A stretch of 64,000 nt of DNA. Origin: a virus (taxonomy: Duplodnaviria; Caudoviricetes). Below are positions 50,175 to 60,372 of the stretch, in pieces. How positions within the stretch are numbered: position 1 is the first letter of the stretch; each line of letters opens with the position of its first letter. The position numbers and the translations under genes are program-made. Where the stretch lies: IMG/VR virus record IMGVR_UViG_3300033121_000719, positions 1 to 64,000 of that record. One strand, 5' to 3'. The notes under the pieces were generated by a model that saw only the letters and a program-made list of their open reading frames with translations, was not told where the DNA came from and did not search any database.

Positions 50175-50454
50175 TATTCATTTTGATATGATGGATATTG
50201 AATTTGATATGGAAGAAGGATTATTGTACTATATTACTAATGGTTTGTCTTTATTTAACGTAACTGGAGACGTCCTTATGAATGAAATTTTAGCAGGACG
50301 TTATCGTGTCATAGGTGGCGACAATAACGATGCTTTTACATTGTTGGGACTAACCACTCCTGTAAAAATTGAAGAAAGAGTGGCAGCACTTGAAGCAGAA
50401 AATGAATCCCTAAAACAAGTTATTCAGGAGATGTTAACAAATGTCAGCAATTAG
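50167..50454 (+). CDS. Hypothetical protein (fibre chaperone-like)
   Basis: IEERVAALE coiled coil. Confidence 0.6.
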   Translation: MSNIHFDMMDIEFDMEEGLLYYITNGLSLFNVTGDVLMNEILAGRYRVIGGDNNDAFTLLGLTTPVKIEERVAALEAENESLKQVIQEMLTNVSN

Positions 50455-50599
50455 TGATTTTTTAGACAAACGTGTGTCAAAAGGAAAGATGACAAGAGAA
50501 CAAGCTGATTTAGCACTAACCAATTTTACAAAAGAAAAAAAAGATATTAAAAAAATAAACGATATTGTTAAAAGGCTTGAAAAACTAGAAAAGAAATAA
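50441..50599 (+). CDS. 52-aa basic peptide, missed by the ORF track
   Basis: AGGAG RBS; MSAISDFLDKRV... Confidence 0.5.
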   Translation: MSAISDFLDKRVSKGKMTREQADLALTNFTKEKKDIKKINDIVKRLEKLEKK

Positions 50600-50605
50600 G
50601 TATTT

Positions 50606-50637
50606 TTATAAGGGAGTTGAAATATACTCCCCTATAA
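50606..50637 (+). terminator. Hairpin with TGAAATAT loop
   Basis: GGGAGT-TGAAATAT-ACTCCC; same loop as the 24036 hairpin. Confidence 0.6.
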
Positions 50638-50652
50638 TCTAAAAAGGAAGAT

Positions 50653-51663
50653 ATGATAGATATAAATAAATGGCAAAGTCTATGGAATAGTTTAATTTAT
50701 AAATGGGATTTGAATAAAATAAATACTGATTATGAGTTATTTATAGATGTTTCCCATTGGACGCACAATTCATCTTTTAATGAAGAAAAATTTGCAGAAC
50801 AAATAGAAAAGAAAAATTTAAAAGGTATTATTTTTAAAGTTAGTGATGCTACAAGAGATACAGGAAAATTATATTTAGATGATAAAGCTGAAGTATGGTA
50901 TAATTTAGCACAAAAATATAAATTATTAACTACTGGTTACCATTGGCTACAGCCATCTGTAGACCCAAAAATAGCTTATAAATATTATGACTCTTGGATG
51001 AAAGACCATCCTTGTACTTTACCATATGTCGTTGATTTTGAAGAGCCTAGTGTCGTAAATGCCTCTGATTATCTTTGGAGGTTGAAAACATTTCTTGAAT
51101 GTGGAAAACCAGATTCAATTATTTATACAGCTACAGGATACATTTCTACTTTAAAATCTAAAATTACATCTTCAAACTGGAACAAAAATTTTGGTTTTAT
51201 GTCTGGATATACATTGTGGGTGGCTCGGTATTCAAGATATTGTCCTAAAAATTTGTTTCCTTGGAAAGAAGATGGTTGGGATTTATGGCAGTATTCTGCA
51301 AAAGCAGATTATCCTTTTTATTCTGATGGTGATGGCATGGATGGTAGAGAGTGGGGGTTACCTAGTGGTGGATTAGATATGAATTGGGTAAAGAAATCCT
51401 ACTTATCTCAATTTACAAGTGGTAGTAATACCATTACTCCTGAACCAGAAAAAGAAACATCTTTTGGAATATATACTAACAGAAATATGAATGTAAGAAA
51501 TAAACCTTCTACATCTGGAATCATTGTTGACAGTCTACTAGAAAATACAAGAATTAAGATAAAAGAGATTGTTGGAAATTCTGCTTGGGCAAAAATAGAT
51601 GAAGAAAAATTTGTATGTCTCACTGAGAATGGAATAAATTACGTTAATTGTAAGGAGGAATAG
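50653..51663 (+). CDS. Endolysin, GH25 muramidase with C-terminal SH3b
   Basis: IDVSHW, GYHW, VDFE, LWVARY, WQYS, LDMN; NVRNKPST SH3. Confidence 0.88.
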   Translation: MIDINKWQSLWNSLIYKWDLNKINTDYELFIDVSHWTHNSSFNEEKFAEQIEKKNLKGIIFKVSDATRDTGKLYLDDKAEVWYNLAQKYKLLTTGYHWLQPSVDPKIAYKYYDSWMKDHPCTLPYVVDFEEPSVVNASDYLWRLKTFLECGKPDSIIYTATGYISTLKSKITSSNWNKNFGFMSGYTLWVARYSRYCPKNLFPWKEDGWDLWQYSAKADYPFYSDGDGMDGREWGLPSGGLDMNWVKKSYLSQFTSGSNTITPEPEKETSFGIYTNRNMNVRNKPSTSGIIVDSLLENTRIKIKEIVGNSAWAKIDEEKFVCLTENGINYVNCKEE

Positions 51664-52671
51664 ATGGGTATATATACAAATAATGCAAGAGGTATTCAAT
51701 TAGGTGAAAATGCTATATCAGTTGATATTGATAAAATAAAAGGAAAGATTGATTTTATCGTTGCAAGAGGTGTTGATGGAACAAATGTTAATAAGAAATT
51801 ATGGTTAAATCCTAGAATTGGCGAGAATGTTACTTTAGCTGATAATTTAGGCGTTCCGTTGGTTATGCTTTTTGCTTTCTCAGTTGACGATTATATTGAA
51901 AACGCCCCTGAAAAATTGCCTGATTTTGACGAAAAAGATAGACACGTATCTTTGTTAGATCAAGCAATTTTTATTGGATCAACCAAAATTAAAAGAAAAA
52001 TATCCGCAATTATTATTGAAGCAACAAGTTTAATTGCTTCTGATGGCAGGGTGATGACTGAAACAAACTACAAAAATTATCTTGCGTTTTTTGTTTCTGG
52101 TATCTGGAATAGATATAAAATTCCAGTATATATTTATGCGGATAATGAGATTATGAAAAAATATTGGGGAAAGTTTGATGTAATGAATGGGTATCTATCT
52201 GGATTTGATGGTATGTGTTCGTTTTCATCTTTGACCCCAGGCGCACTTCCAACTACAATCAGTGTAGACAACATCCCTGTTCCAAATGATTATTATAAAG
52301 TTTCATATATTTGTAATGCACCATATATTCATTTTACCAAGTATGCCAGCACAGCATACATTTTAAAAGAGATTAGAGACGCATCTGGAAATAGTATAAA
52401 GGTTCCACTGTGGCAATACTTCAAACCAAAAGCAACATTGTTCAACACTCTTGGTTTTATTCCAAATGTAGCCACGCCAATTGTTACTCCAACTACTCCT
52501 GAAACTCCAATTGTAACCCAACCAACAGTTTCAATTGATTTGAGTGAACTTCAAGAAGGGTTGGAACATTTAAAAGCTGAACAAGATGCTGAATTACAAG
52601 AAGAAAAGAAACAGACTGCTCTATTAGAATGGTTGGTTTCTACAATTAAAAGAATTTTTAACCTTATTTAA
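51664..52671 (+). CDS. Degenerate GH25-like protein with PT linker and coiled-coil tail
   Basis: DFIVAR, PVYIY, LWQY; catalytic DxS and DxE motifs not evident. Confidence 0.5.
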   Translation: MGIYTNNARGIQLGENAISVDIDKIKGKIDFIVARGVDGTNVNKKLWLNPRIGENVTLADNLGVPLVMLFAFSVDDYIENAPEKLPDFDEKDRHVSLLDQAIFIGSTKIKRKISAIIIEATSLIASDGRVMTETNYKNYLAFFVSGIWNRYKIPVYIYADNEIMKKYWGKFDVMNGYLSGFDGMCSFSSLTPGALPTTISVDNIPVPNDYYKVSYICNAPYIHFTKYASTAYILKEIRDASGNSIKVPLWQYFKPKATLFNTLGFIPNVATPIVTPTTPETPIVTQPTVSIDLSELQEGLEHLKAEQDAELQEEKKQTALLEWLVSTIKRIFNLI

Positions 52672-52682
52672 GGAGGTTTCTT

Positions 52683-53087
52683 ATGACACTAAAATTTTCT
52701 GTTGGCGTTAGAAACGCTGAGATGGATGCCATAGAAACAGCAGTTGGTAGTTCAGCAGTATTAAAAATATTTGCGGGGTCTGTTCCCACAAATATCACTG
52801 ATTCTGATACTGGAACTGTTTTGGCTACATTGAATTTACCTGCTGATTGGATGAACTCTGCTTCTAGTGGGAGTAAGACAATGAGTGGTGTGTGGAGCGC
52901 AAATGCTTCTGGCTCTGGTATTGCAACTTATTTTAGAATCTATGCTACTGGTGGAAGCACTCAACACATTCAAGGAACAACTTCTCTTGTTGGAGATGGA
53001 GGCGATCTGATCTTGGATAACACAAATATTCAAAGTGGTCAGACAATTTCTGTTACGGAATTTACGATAATTTCTGGAAATGCTTAA
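52683..53087 (+). CDS. Structural protein
   Basis: RNA..DAI...L.IF.G..P...G.ATYFRI. Confidence 0.65.
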   Translation: MTLKFSVGVRNAEMDAIETAVGSSAVLKIFAGSVPTNITDSDTGTVLATLNLPADWMNSASSGSKTMSGVWSANASGSGIATYFRIYATGGSTQHIQGTTSLVGDGGDLILDNTNIQSGQTISVTEFTIISGNA

Positions 53088-53098
53088 GGGGGATATAT

Positions 53099-53668
53099 AT
53101 GTCCTCTTTATATAATTTAGTAAAAGTAAAAACCAATACGACTGGTTCAGGAATTATTGATTTAGGAAATCCTGTTTCTGGTTTTTTATCTTTTTCAACT
53201 GGTGGCGTTTTAGATGGAGATACTGTGTCTTATGGCATTATTGATTCTACAAACTCAGAAGTTGGAAAAGGTTTTTATTCTGCTTCTGGTTCAACTTTAA
53301 CTAGAAGTGTTATAAACAGCACAAACAACAATAACCCAATATCTTTATCTGGTGACGCTACAGTTTTTATTACTGCTTTAGCGGATGATTTTAGAAGGAC
53401 AATACAAGTTACAGTTGATTTTGGTTTTTCTAGTGGTAATGAAGGCGATACTGCCATTGTTACAGTTCCATGTTCTTGGGTAAAATCAGATTCAATTATA
53501 TTGTGTAATGCGAGTGGTGGAAGTACATTAGACCATTCAGGTGAAGATGCAATGATTGAGGACATTCAAGGATTTGCAACAAATATTGTTGAGGGCGTTA
53601 GTTTTGATATAGTTGCTTATGCTCCCTTGGGAACGTGGGGACGATATAATATAAACGCAATCTTATAA
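53099..53668 (+). CDS. Structural/tail-fibre-associated protein
   Basis: VK..T.TTGSG.I.LG...EVG.G.Y...TLTR. Confidence 0.65.
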   Translation: MSSLYNLVKVKTNTTGSGIIDLGNPVSGFLSFSTGGVLDGDTVSYGIIDSTNSEVGKGFYSASGSTLTRSVINSTNNNNPISLSGDATVFITALADDFRRTIQVTVDFGFSSGNEGDTAIVTVPCSWVKSDSIILCNASGGSTLDHSGEDAMIEDIQGFATNIVEGVSFDIVAYAPLGTWGRYNINAIL

Positions 53669-53684
53669 AATAGGAGGACATAAT

Positions 53685-55121
53685 ATGTCTGTAATGATAA
53701 AAAGTGGCAATAGTGGCGAACTTGCTGAAGTAAAAAGCGGATCGCTAGTTACTGCCTTAACGCAAGACCCTGAAAATGCAGGTATAGTTGCGTTTATGAG
53801 TCAAAACGATGATGGAAGCGTCACTGGAACTCAATACCTAAAATCACCAGAAACTTCTGGTGATTTTAGGCTAAGAGTTGGAGTTGATACTCTCTATTTT
53901 ATTGACACATTCAACTATGCGGCACAAAATACTTCAAACTGGATTTATAGAACATCAACCCTAACTACAACGTGGGCTGGTGGTTATATGACATTAAATG
54001 GCGGAGCGGCTACTGGTACAGGTTCAACGTCAGTTCAAACGTATAAATATATTCCCATGTATGGGGCTTCATCTTTGTATGTTGAAATGAGTATAGCATT
54101 GACCAACACTCCACCCGCCAACTGGCAGGCTGATTTTGGTTTAATGACTATGGGTACATCTGCTCCATTTACTCCTTCTGATGGTGTCTATTTTAGAATT
54201 ACATCAGCTGGTATATATGGGGTAATGAATTATAATACAAGTGAATCTACAACTAATTTATTAATTTCTGCTTCTGCCATTTCTCTTAATTCAAACAAGA
54301 AATTTACTATCGTTGTAAGTGAAGATGAATGTGAATTTTGGATGGATGATGTCTTACTTGGTGAAAAAAAAGTTCCAGCAGGAGTTGGACAGCCTTTTAT
54401 GGCGGCTTCTCAACCATTTGGTATGAGATTGGTTCATACAAATACTGCTGGTGCAATTTGTCAACTCAAAATTAGTGATGTAATTATTTCTCAAGCTGAC
54501 TTGAATGTGACTAAGCCTTGGTCATATCAGATGGCTGGAACTGGTCATATGTCATACCAAGCTCAAAATGGTGCAACTATGGGTTCTACTGCAAACATGA
54601 TAAACAGCTATAATCCCACTTCTGGATCAATTGCAAACGCTACTGTATCCGCTTCTTTTGTGGGTCTTGGTGGACAATTCGCTGTTTTACCAACATTAAC
54701 TGCAAATACTGATGGTATTTTGTGTAGTTATCTCAATCCAGCGCCAACAGTTAACTTGACGGGAAGAACTTTAGTTGTCAACGGAATAAGAATCAGCGGC
54801 GTTGTTACTACATTATTAGCAACGTCTGGTTCTGCGCCAGTCATTTACCTATTTTCTGCCGCATTTGGACATACAGGAATATCATTAGCTACCGCAGAGG
54901 GAGCTACAGCTAAATCGGCAAGGCGTGTTCCATTAGGAATTCAGACTTATGCTGGAAATGCTGTGGCAGGAACTCTTGGACAATCAGTTGAAATTAATTT
55001 TGAAACCCCAATTGTTGTAAATCCTAATGAATATTTTCAAATAGTGGCAAAAAACGCTGGAACTGTAACTACATCTGGGGTTATTACTTTCTTGGTAACG
55101 ATCATTGGATATTATCAATAG
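53685..55121 (+). CDS. Virion appendage protein (beta-rich, lectin-like)
   Basis: Thr/Gly/Ser-rich; DGVYFR, EFWMDD. Confidence 0.6.
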   Translation: MSVMIKSGNSGELAEVKSGSLVTALTQDPENAGIVAFMSQNDDGSVTGTQYLKSPETSGDFRLRVGVDTLYFIDTFNYAAQNTSNWIYRTSTLTTTWAGGYMTLNGGAATGTGSTSVQTYKYIPMYGASSLYVEMSIALTNTPPANWQADFGLMTMGTSAPFTPSDGVYFRITSAGIYGVMNYNTSESTTNLLISASAISLNSNKKFTIVVSEDECEFWMDDVLLGEKKVPAGVGQPFMAASQPFGMRLVHTNTAGAICQLKISDVIISQADLNVTKPWSYQMAGTGHMSYQAQNGATMGSTANMINSYNPTSGSIANATVSASFVGLGGQFAVLPTLTANTDGILCSYLNPAPTVNLTGRTLVVNGIRISGVVTTLLATSGSAPVIYLFSAAFGHTGISLATAEGATAKSARRVPLGIQTYAGNAVAGTLGQSVEINFETPIVVNPNEYFQIVAKNAGTVTTSGVITFLVTIIGYYQ

Positions 55122-55148
55122 GCCTAAATCCTAGAAAGGATGTGACCT

Positions 55149-55910
55149 ATGATATTTGATGCTCTTGGTAGTTTGCCATTAGGCGCGACAATTGAAAATA
55201 TAAATAATGCTTATTTAGTTCAAACACTAGAATCATCAAATGTTTTAAGTAACTCAATTGTTTCAATATCTGCTAGTTTAGTTAAAAATGTTGACAATAT
55301 TGTAGTTGTTGCAACTGGAAGTATTATTGCTGGAATAAATTGTTCATTAAATCAAATCGCTGAAAATGCAACAACAGTTTCAAACACTGATATTTTAATA
55401 ACTGCCTCAACAATTCAAACATTACAAAATGTTTCCAGTATATCAAATTCTGAAACAAAGATAAATTCTTATCTCGTTGAATCATTAAATAATGTTATTT
55501 CAATAATCAATTCAACATTAAGCATAAAATCTAACTTAACTTCAAACCTAAATGATTCTAATAGCATTTCAACTGCAAAGATAATTGTTACTGGTGCTTC
55601 TAGCAATAGATTAGAAAGCGTTTCCAATACTTCCAATGCCTCAGTGTCCATATCTGCAAATTTAATATCAAACTTAAGTGATGTTGTATTTAGTGGTTCA
55701 TGTAATGTATACTTTAGACCAGCAACCATATCATATTATAATTTTGATTCTAGTGTGTGTTATAGTTATGATATAGTTTTGGAATACGCCAATACGTTAG
55801 GAATTGAAGGAAACATGGCAGATGTATTTGTTGTTGATGCAGACATAACTGATAAAAAAGATTTTTATAGTTCTGTGTGTGATTATATAAAAATGGAGGC
55901 AAACTTATGA
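55149..55910 (+). CDS. Repetitive structural protein
   Basis: About 22-aa Ser/Asn/Ile periodic repeats. Confidence 0.6.
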   Translation: MIFDALGSLPLGATIENINNAYLVQTLESSNVLSNSIVSISASLVKNVDNIVVVATGSIIAGINCSLNQIAENATTVSNTDILITASTIQTLQNVSSISNSETKINSYLVESLNNVISIINSTLSIKSNLTSNLNDSNSISTAKIIVTGASSNRLESVSNTSNASVSISANLISNLSDVVFSGSCNVYFRPATISYYNFDSSVCYSYDIVLEYANTLGIEGNMADVFVVDADITDKKDFYSSVCDYIKMEANL

Positions 55911-56209
55911 CTTCACCTCATGTTGGGGATATAGGAACTCCTTTTACAATTACAGTTCATAAAACTGATGGTATTTCTATCTTAGACGTTAGTTCAACCA
56001 CAGCTAGAAACATAATTTTCACAAAACCAAATGGAATTAAATTAGTAAAGTCAGCAGATTTAGCTACTGATGGAACTGATGGGAAAATATTATACAAAAT
56101 TCAGTCTGGTGATATTGATGTTTCTGGAACATGGAAAATAAGAGGACAAGTAACTTTTGTGAATGGGAATTGGTTTACTGACGAATTGTCATTTACAGTT
56201 TTGGATTAA
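55907..56209 (+). CDS. BppU-like protein
   Basis: HVGDIGT, KPNG, DG.DGKI.Y...GD.D..G.W. Confidence 0.7.
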   Translation: MTSPHVGDIGTPFTITVHKTDGISILDVSSTTARNIIFTKPNGIKLVKSADLATDGTDGKILYKIQSGDIDVSGTWKIRGQVTFVNGNWFTDELSFTVLD

Positions 56210-56211
56210 AT

Positions 56212-56245
56212 AAAAATACCCCTGCAATTTTGCAGGGGTATTTTT
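56212..56245. terminator. Bidirectional terminator between the convergent late and replication blocks
   Basis: AAAAATACCCCTGCAA-TT-TTGCAGGGGTATTTTT. Confidence 0.9.
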
Positions 56246-56255
56246 TGTGCTTCAA

Positions 56256-57311
56256 TTATTTTTCTAGTTTATTTAGAATTTCTCGTTCTTTTTCTAAATC
56301 TCTATTGACTGCATTTTCTTCTGTGAATTTTTCAGGATATCTTGCTTTAAGTTTATCAATATTATTTTGAAGTCCTTTTTCAATATCAATATTTAACATT
56401 CTACATAGGTTCACAAGATACCAAAATTGGTCAAAAATTTCTTCTGATACATTTACTTTATCTAATGGTTTATTATATGCGAATTGTTTTTTGAACGCAT
56501 CTAATAATTCATTTGCTTCGGTGGAAGCTCCAATTGCCATGTGTAATTGGTTATTAAAATCACTACCCAAATCTGGACACGTTCTTGAAGATTCTTCCAT
56601 ATATTTATAAATATTCATTGACAACTCCTTTATTGTTCGTTTAATCAGTTTTGTATTGCTTATTTTTTCTCTTGTTTTATTAGATACTTCATGATTTAGT
56701 TTCGATTGTGATATTTTCTTTTTGTGCTCTTCTGATTTTGGTATTCCTTTTGTTTTCCCTTTATTTGCTAAACTTATTTTTTCTCTTGTTTCCTTACTGA
56801 ATATTTTATTTTTATTTGCTAAAGAGATTTTGTCTTTTTCTTCTTGTGTGTGTTTTCTGTTCCACCATTGAGATAATTCACCTTTTTTCCCATATTGATG
56901 ATTTTTGTCTCCAGACAAACGACCTTTATTTGATTTTCCTATTTTTAATTTTGTTTCTTCAGTTGGAATCCATCCTAATGTAGATTCTCCACCAAGAGTC
57001 ATATTATATCCATTTGAATTTTCAAAATGAATATAGGAATTATAAAACTTAATCCAATACATTTCTTTTTCATTTAATTCGGTGATTGAATCTGATATAT
57101 CAATTATTTCCCAGATTATATCGTTTTCTCCATACTTATTTATAGCATTATGAAAAACAACATTTTCTTTGTTTTTTGATGAAATATGATCTCTTTTTCT
57201 TGCATCCAAACTTCTTGTTGTTTGTCCTATATAACATTTCCCATTAGAAAATGTTGCTTTATATATTATTCCAAGACAGTTTGTTTTTTTATTATCATAT
57301 TCTATTATCAT
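56256..57311 (-). CDS. GIY-YIG/NUMOD3 homing endonuclease in frame with a MazG-like NTP pyrophosphohydrolase (MazG has its own RBS and ATG at 56618)
   Basis: GIIY...YIGQT...GYN.T.GG; H..E.K.KIS repeats; then EANELLD..KK...EEIFDQFWY...KLKARYP. Confidence 0.8.
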   Translation of the reverse strand: MIIEYDNKKTNCLGIIYKATFSNGKCYIGQTTRSLDARKRDHISSKNKENVVFHNAINKYGENDIIWEIIDISDSITELNEKEMYWIKFYNSYIHFENSNGYNMTLGGESTLGWIPTEETKLKIGKSNKGRLSGDKNHQYGKKGELSQWWNRKHTQEEKDKISLANKNKIFSKETREKISLANKGKTKGIPKSEEHKKKISQSKLNHEVSNKTREKISNTKLIKRTIKELSMNIYKYMEESSRTCPDLGSDFNNQLHMAIGASTEANELLDAFKKQFAYNKPLDKVNVSEEIFDQFWYLVNLCRMLNIDIEKGLQNNIDKLKARYPEKFTEENAVNRDLEKEREILNKLEK

Positions 57312-57319
57312 TTTCCCCT

Positions 57320-58749
57320 TTATCCACATTTACTAAAACCACAATTACAAACAATACATCCAGCCTCTAATCTCATTTTTTCTCCACAGTTGGGGCAAGT
57401 CATTTTTCCATCTTTGTCCTGTTTTGTTTGTTGTTGTTTTTTTGGTTTAGTTTCTTTAATAACAATATTGCCCTGTTCATATTTTTCTTTAATATATTTC
57501 GCCAATGCATCTGGACAAGAATTTTGAACATCTTTCCCTTGTGATTTCAATATGGTACACGCAGGACATTTTATATTGCTTAATTGGTCAACAATATTGT
57601 CAACTTTTATTCCACTACGAAAGGCCAAAGAAATTAATCTGCTAATTGCATTAATGTTTGATTGACAAATCCCACCTCTTCCCGTATTAATGAACGTTTC
57701 AACAATATTGCCATTTTCATCTCGACATAAATTTATATATAAATTCCCACATGCAACCCGTCTTTTTACGTTTGAACCATATGTTTCACCCAATTCTTCT
57801 TTGTCAACAGGATCGATATAATCATATTGTTGAATTTGCTCTTTTTCTTCTTCTTTATACGTTGAAGCTGTTGATAATGTTTGATTTTCTCTACATCCAT
57901 CACGATATACCGTTAATCCCTTTAATCCAGACTTCCAAGCATAAAAATAAATGTCATTAATGTCTTTGATAGAAGCATTTTTTGCAAAATTTACAGTTTT
58001 TGAGATACTTAAATCAACTGTTTTTTGAATTATTGACACCATATCAACATGGTCTTTTGGAGTCATATCAGAAGCGGTTACGAATATTTCCTGAAACTCT
58101 TTAGGAACTTCTTTTATTCCTTGACAAGACCCGTTATTTTTTGATATTTTATCCATTAATTCATCAGAATATAATCCAAGTTTTTCAAGTTCTCTTTTAA
58201 AAACTGAATTTACAACATAATATAATGTTCCTTCATAAGTTCTTCTGGTGTAACAAAGAGCATATGTTGGCTCACACCCGCCATTTACATTTGCTAAAAA
58301 AGCAATAGTTCCATTTGGAGCAATACTCAATAGAGACGAGTTCCTTATACTAATTCCCCTTTTTTCCCATTCACTACCTTTCCAAGCTGGATATACGCCC
58401 CTCTCTTTTGCTAAATCAATTGAACATTTTAACGCCGAATCATACATTGTTTTGGACACTTTATCAGCAAACGCAAGACCGTCTTGAGAATTATATCTTA
58501 TTTTTAATTCATATAGCACATCAGCTAGTCCCATAAAACCCATTCCAATGGGTCTAATTTGTTTTGTTACTTTGTCAATTTTTTCAAGAGGAAGAATATT
58601 GACTGTTATCATGTCGTCAAACCATCTTGTAGCTTTATAAGCCAACTCAGATAGTTTTTTGAAATTAAATGATCCGTTTTCAATGCAAGATGTCAGATTG
58701 ATGCTACCAAGATTGCACGAAGAATATGGAATATTACTAAATTCAGAAC
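57320..58749 (-). CDS. nrdJ: Class II (B12-dependent) ribonucleotide reductase, exon 2 with TSCPD-type C-terminus
   Basis: CNLGSINL, RPIGMGFMG, SIAPNGT, SISKTVN, KGLTVYRDG, SCPD, terminal Zn ribbon. Confidence 0.9.
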
Positions 58750-58959
58750 CATGCTACACTTATTTTCATAAGCACTTTCGTTTGTAGTCTGGACTATACA
58801 ATCTGCATAAAAATACAGGAGTGATGGTAGTCTCTGAGGGTTGATATAAAATCCTTCCCTGCTGATTGTCCAATTCTCAAAATTGTTACTCTATGGTATT
58901 TGAGACTCTAAGGAGTTTCCAGCATATCCACTCTTTTAAATCCCCATTCATTTTGGTTT
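58750..58959 (-). mobile_element. Group I intron (210 nt, no ORF) splitting the NPC Cys codon of nrdJ
   Basis: AATCCCT/GGGGATT P1; TGCTGGAAA, AATCAGCAGG, TCAGAGACTA, GTATAGTCC core; splicing gives NP-C-SE. Confidence 0.92.
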
Positions 58960-59824
58960 AGGGATTGGTATAAACTTTTGTTGAAATGTGTTTATTAGTA
59001 TTTGCCTTATCCATTAACGAAGAAAAATTTACCCCAGGTTCAGCAGTTTTCCAAGAGCTTTCTGTTATTTCCTTCATTAGCTGTTTTGCTTTAACTGTTT
59101 GATAAATTTTTACTGGATAACCTTTATTTTTCCAATTATCAATGTCTCCGTCCCATTCTTTATCGTATATTTCTTTACATGATTCATAATCTGGAAAACA
59201 TAAATCCCAATTTTCATCATTTTCAACTGCGTTCATAAATTCATCAGTCATTGATACTGATATATTCATTCTATGAAACTTTGTTAAGTCGTCTTTACAA
59301 TGAATAAATTCAATAATTTGTGGATGCCACATCTGTAAGTTAACCTTTAGTGCGCCTTTACGAGATGGATTAAATTTTGTCATTTGGTCTGCTGTGGCAT
59401 CATATTTTTCCATGAATGTTATAACACCACCTGAGTATCCTTTGCTTGTGTTTACCGCTGATTTTGCGGGTCTAAGAACACTTAAATCCGTTCCAGCACC
59501 ACCGTTTCTTTGAAAAATTTTAGCAAATTCTGCATCAAGTCTGCAAATATCATCAATTGTGTCTCTTGTGTCGCATATAAAACATGATGATAATTGGCCT
59601 GGATTTTCAGGGTCAGCATTTAATAAAACAGGAGTGCTAAAAACAAACGACATTGAAGACATTGCTCCATAAATTTGACCTTCAATTTCTTTTCTTTTTT
59701 CGTCATTGTCCTCAGCTTTAGATATTCCTTTTGCTACACGTGAACACAAATCTTCCCAACACAGTTCATTATCTTTAAAATACTTTTTTTCCTTTAATAA
59801 TTTTAGTGCATCATTATTTATCAT
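58960..59824 (-). CDS. nrdJ: Class II ribonucleotide reductase, exon 1 (spliced product about 764 aa)
   Basis: STPVLLNA, QLSSCF, GGAGTDLS.LRP, RKGA, NISV, EPG, TNP. Confidence 0.9.
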
Positions 59825-59838
59825 CGTCTAAAGTCTCC

Positions 59839-60372
59839 TTATAGGTTGAATTTTTTAATAAAACTACTAACTTTGTCTTCAAGTTGTTCAAGAGTTCCAT
59901 TGTTAGTAATAATGTGTGAATGAAAATAGTTGTCTAATGCAGTTTCGCTTTTATGATTTTTTTGTTCTTCTGACAGCATACTTATATGGTTTGGTCTTTC
60001 CACTCTGACTGAAATTATTGGCATATTTTTTTGCGTAAAATATTCAATTTCATTTGGAAATCTACAATCAGATATAATAAAATAATCAAATAAATCTGAA
60101 AAAATTCTTATAAAGTTATCAACTTCTTTTACCCAAAAATCAGGGTCTTTTTCTCTAACAATATCAGTTCCAATTCTTTGTAAAAGACTTCTTCCGTAAT
60201 CATCTTTTACACCATCCCAACCAAAATATTTTTGACAATAGAATTTAAGAACATCCGCATAATGTAGGATAATTACTCTTTCGCCACAATCTGATAATTT
60301 TGATTTTAATATGTTAGCAACAGTGTCTTTTCCGCCTTCAGCTTTAGCTGAGATACATATTATTTTTTTCAT
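59839..60372 (-). CDS. dNMP kinase-like P-loop kinase
   Basis: SAKAEGGKDT, R.LLQ.IGT, SDCRFPNE, H.SE. Confidence 0.8.
   Translation of the reverse strand: MKKIICISAKAEGGKDTVANILKSKLSDCGERVIILHYADVLKFYCQKYFGWDGVKDDYGRSLLQRIGTDIVREKDPDFWVKEVDNFIRIFSDLFDYFIISDCRFPNEIEYFTQKNMPIISVRVERPNHISMLSEEQKNHKSETALDNYFHSHIITNNGTLEQLEDKVSSFIKKFNL

Noticed and set aside
14254-59824. Pseudogenes or stop-codon reassignment for fragmented terL, MCP and nrdJ
   Set aside because: All breaks are explained by group I introns with in-frame junctions; genes are otherwise intact in code 11.
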